A stretch of DNA of 46,341 nucleotides from Octopus sinensis. Taxonomy: Eukaryota. Of the stretch, positions 46,236 through 46,341 are shown piece after piece. The stretch lies in assembly GCF_006345805.1 (NCBI RefSeq), contig NW_021834632.1, positions 1 to 46,341 on the forward strand, given 5' to 3'. The notes below the pieces were generated by a model that saw nothing but the letters and a program-made list of their open reading frames with translations, made no database searches and was not told the DNA's origin. The position numbers and the translations under genes are program-made. Position 1 is the first letter of the stretch, and every line of letters starts with the position of its first letter.

Positions 46236-46341
46236 ATCATCATCATAATCATCATCATCGTTTAGCGTCCGTTTTCCATGCTAGCATGGGTTGGACGGTT
46301 CTACTGGGGTCTGTGAAGCCAGAAGGCTTCATCAGGCCCAG
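46236..46341 (-). mobile_element. RTE LINE 3' tail, runs off the window
   Basis: (CAT)n cgtttagcgtccgttttccatgctagcatgggttggacgg. Confidence 0.9.

Overview
AT-rich, microsatellite-dense eukaryotic genomic DNA. The SINE/LINE repertoire looks like an octopod cephalopod (inference from repeat recognition, not verified). One host gene is visible, and the ORF track mostly misses it. It is the 3' part of a plus-strand, intron-rich non-classical cadherin with 10 coding exons from 1291 to 31957. All splice sites are GT-AG with consistent phases, giving 1389 nt (462 aa plus stop). The product has about 2.7 cadherin repeats, a short stalk, one TM helix, and a CDH23/Cad87A-type tail (RELRAA, PGTN..DG.NPLY, C-terminal -TEV PDZ motif). 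Upstream exons lie outside the window. Most of the remainder is decayed transposons: RTE LINEs with a PHD finger inside the RT and a 63-bp 3'UTR array, a stack of three R4/Dong elements at (TAA)n, Penelope elements (one with an inverted terminal repeat, one terminus with a degenerate hammerhead ribozyme), Gypsy remnants, mariner and maT transposons, three tRNA-SINE families and MITEs. Several long inverted repeats are present, including a near-perfect 126-bp palindrome in a cadherin intron. No prokaryote-type system (CRISPR etc.) is present. All calls were made by eye with no database searches, and TE boundaries are approximate unless TIR/TSD coordinates are given.
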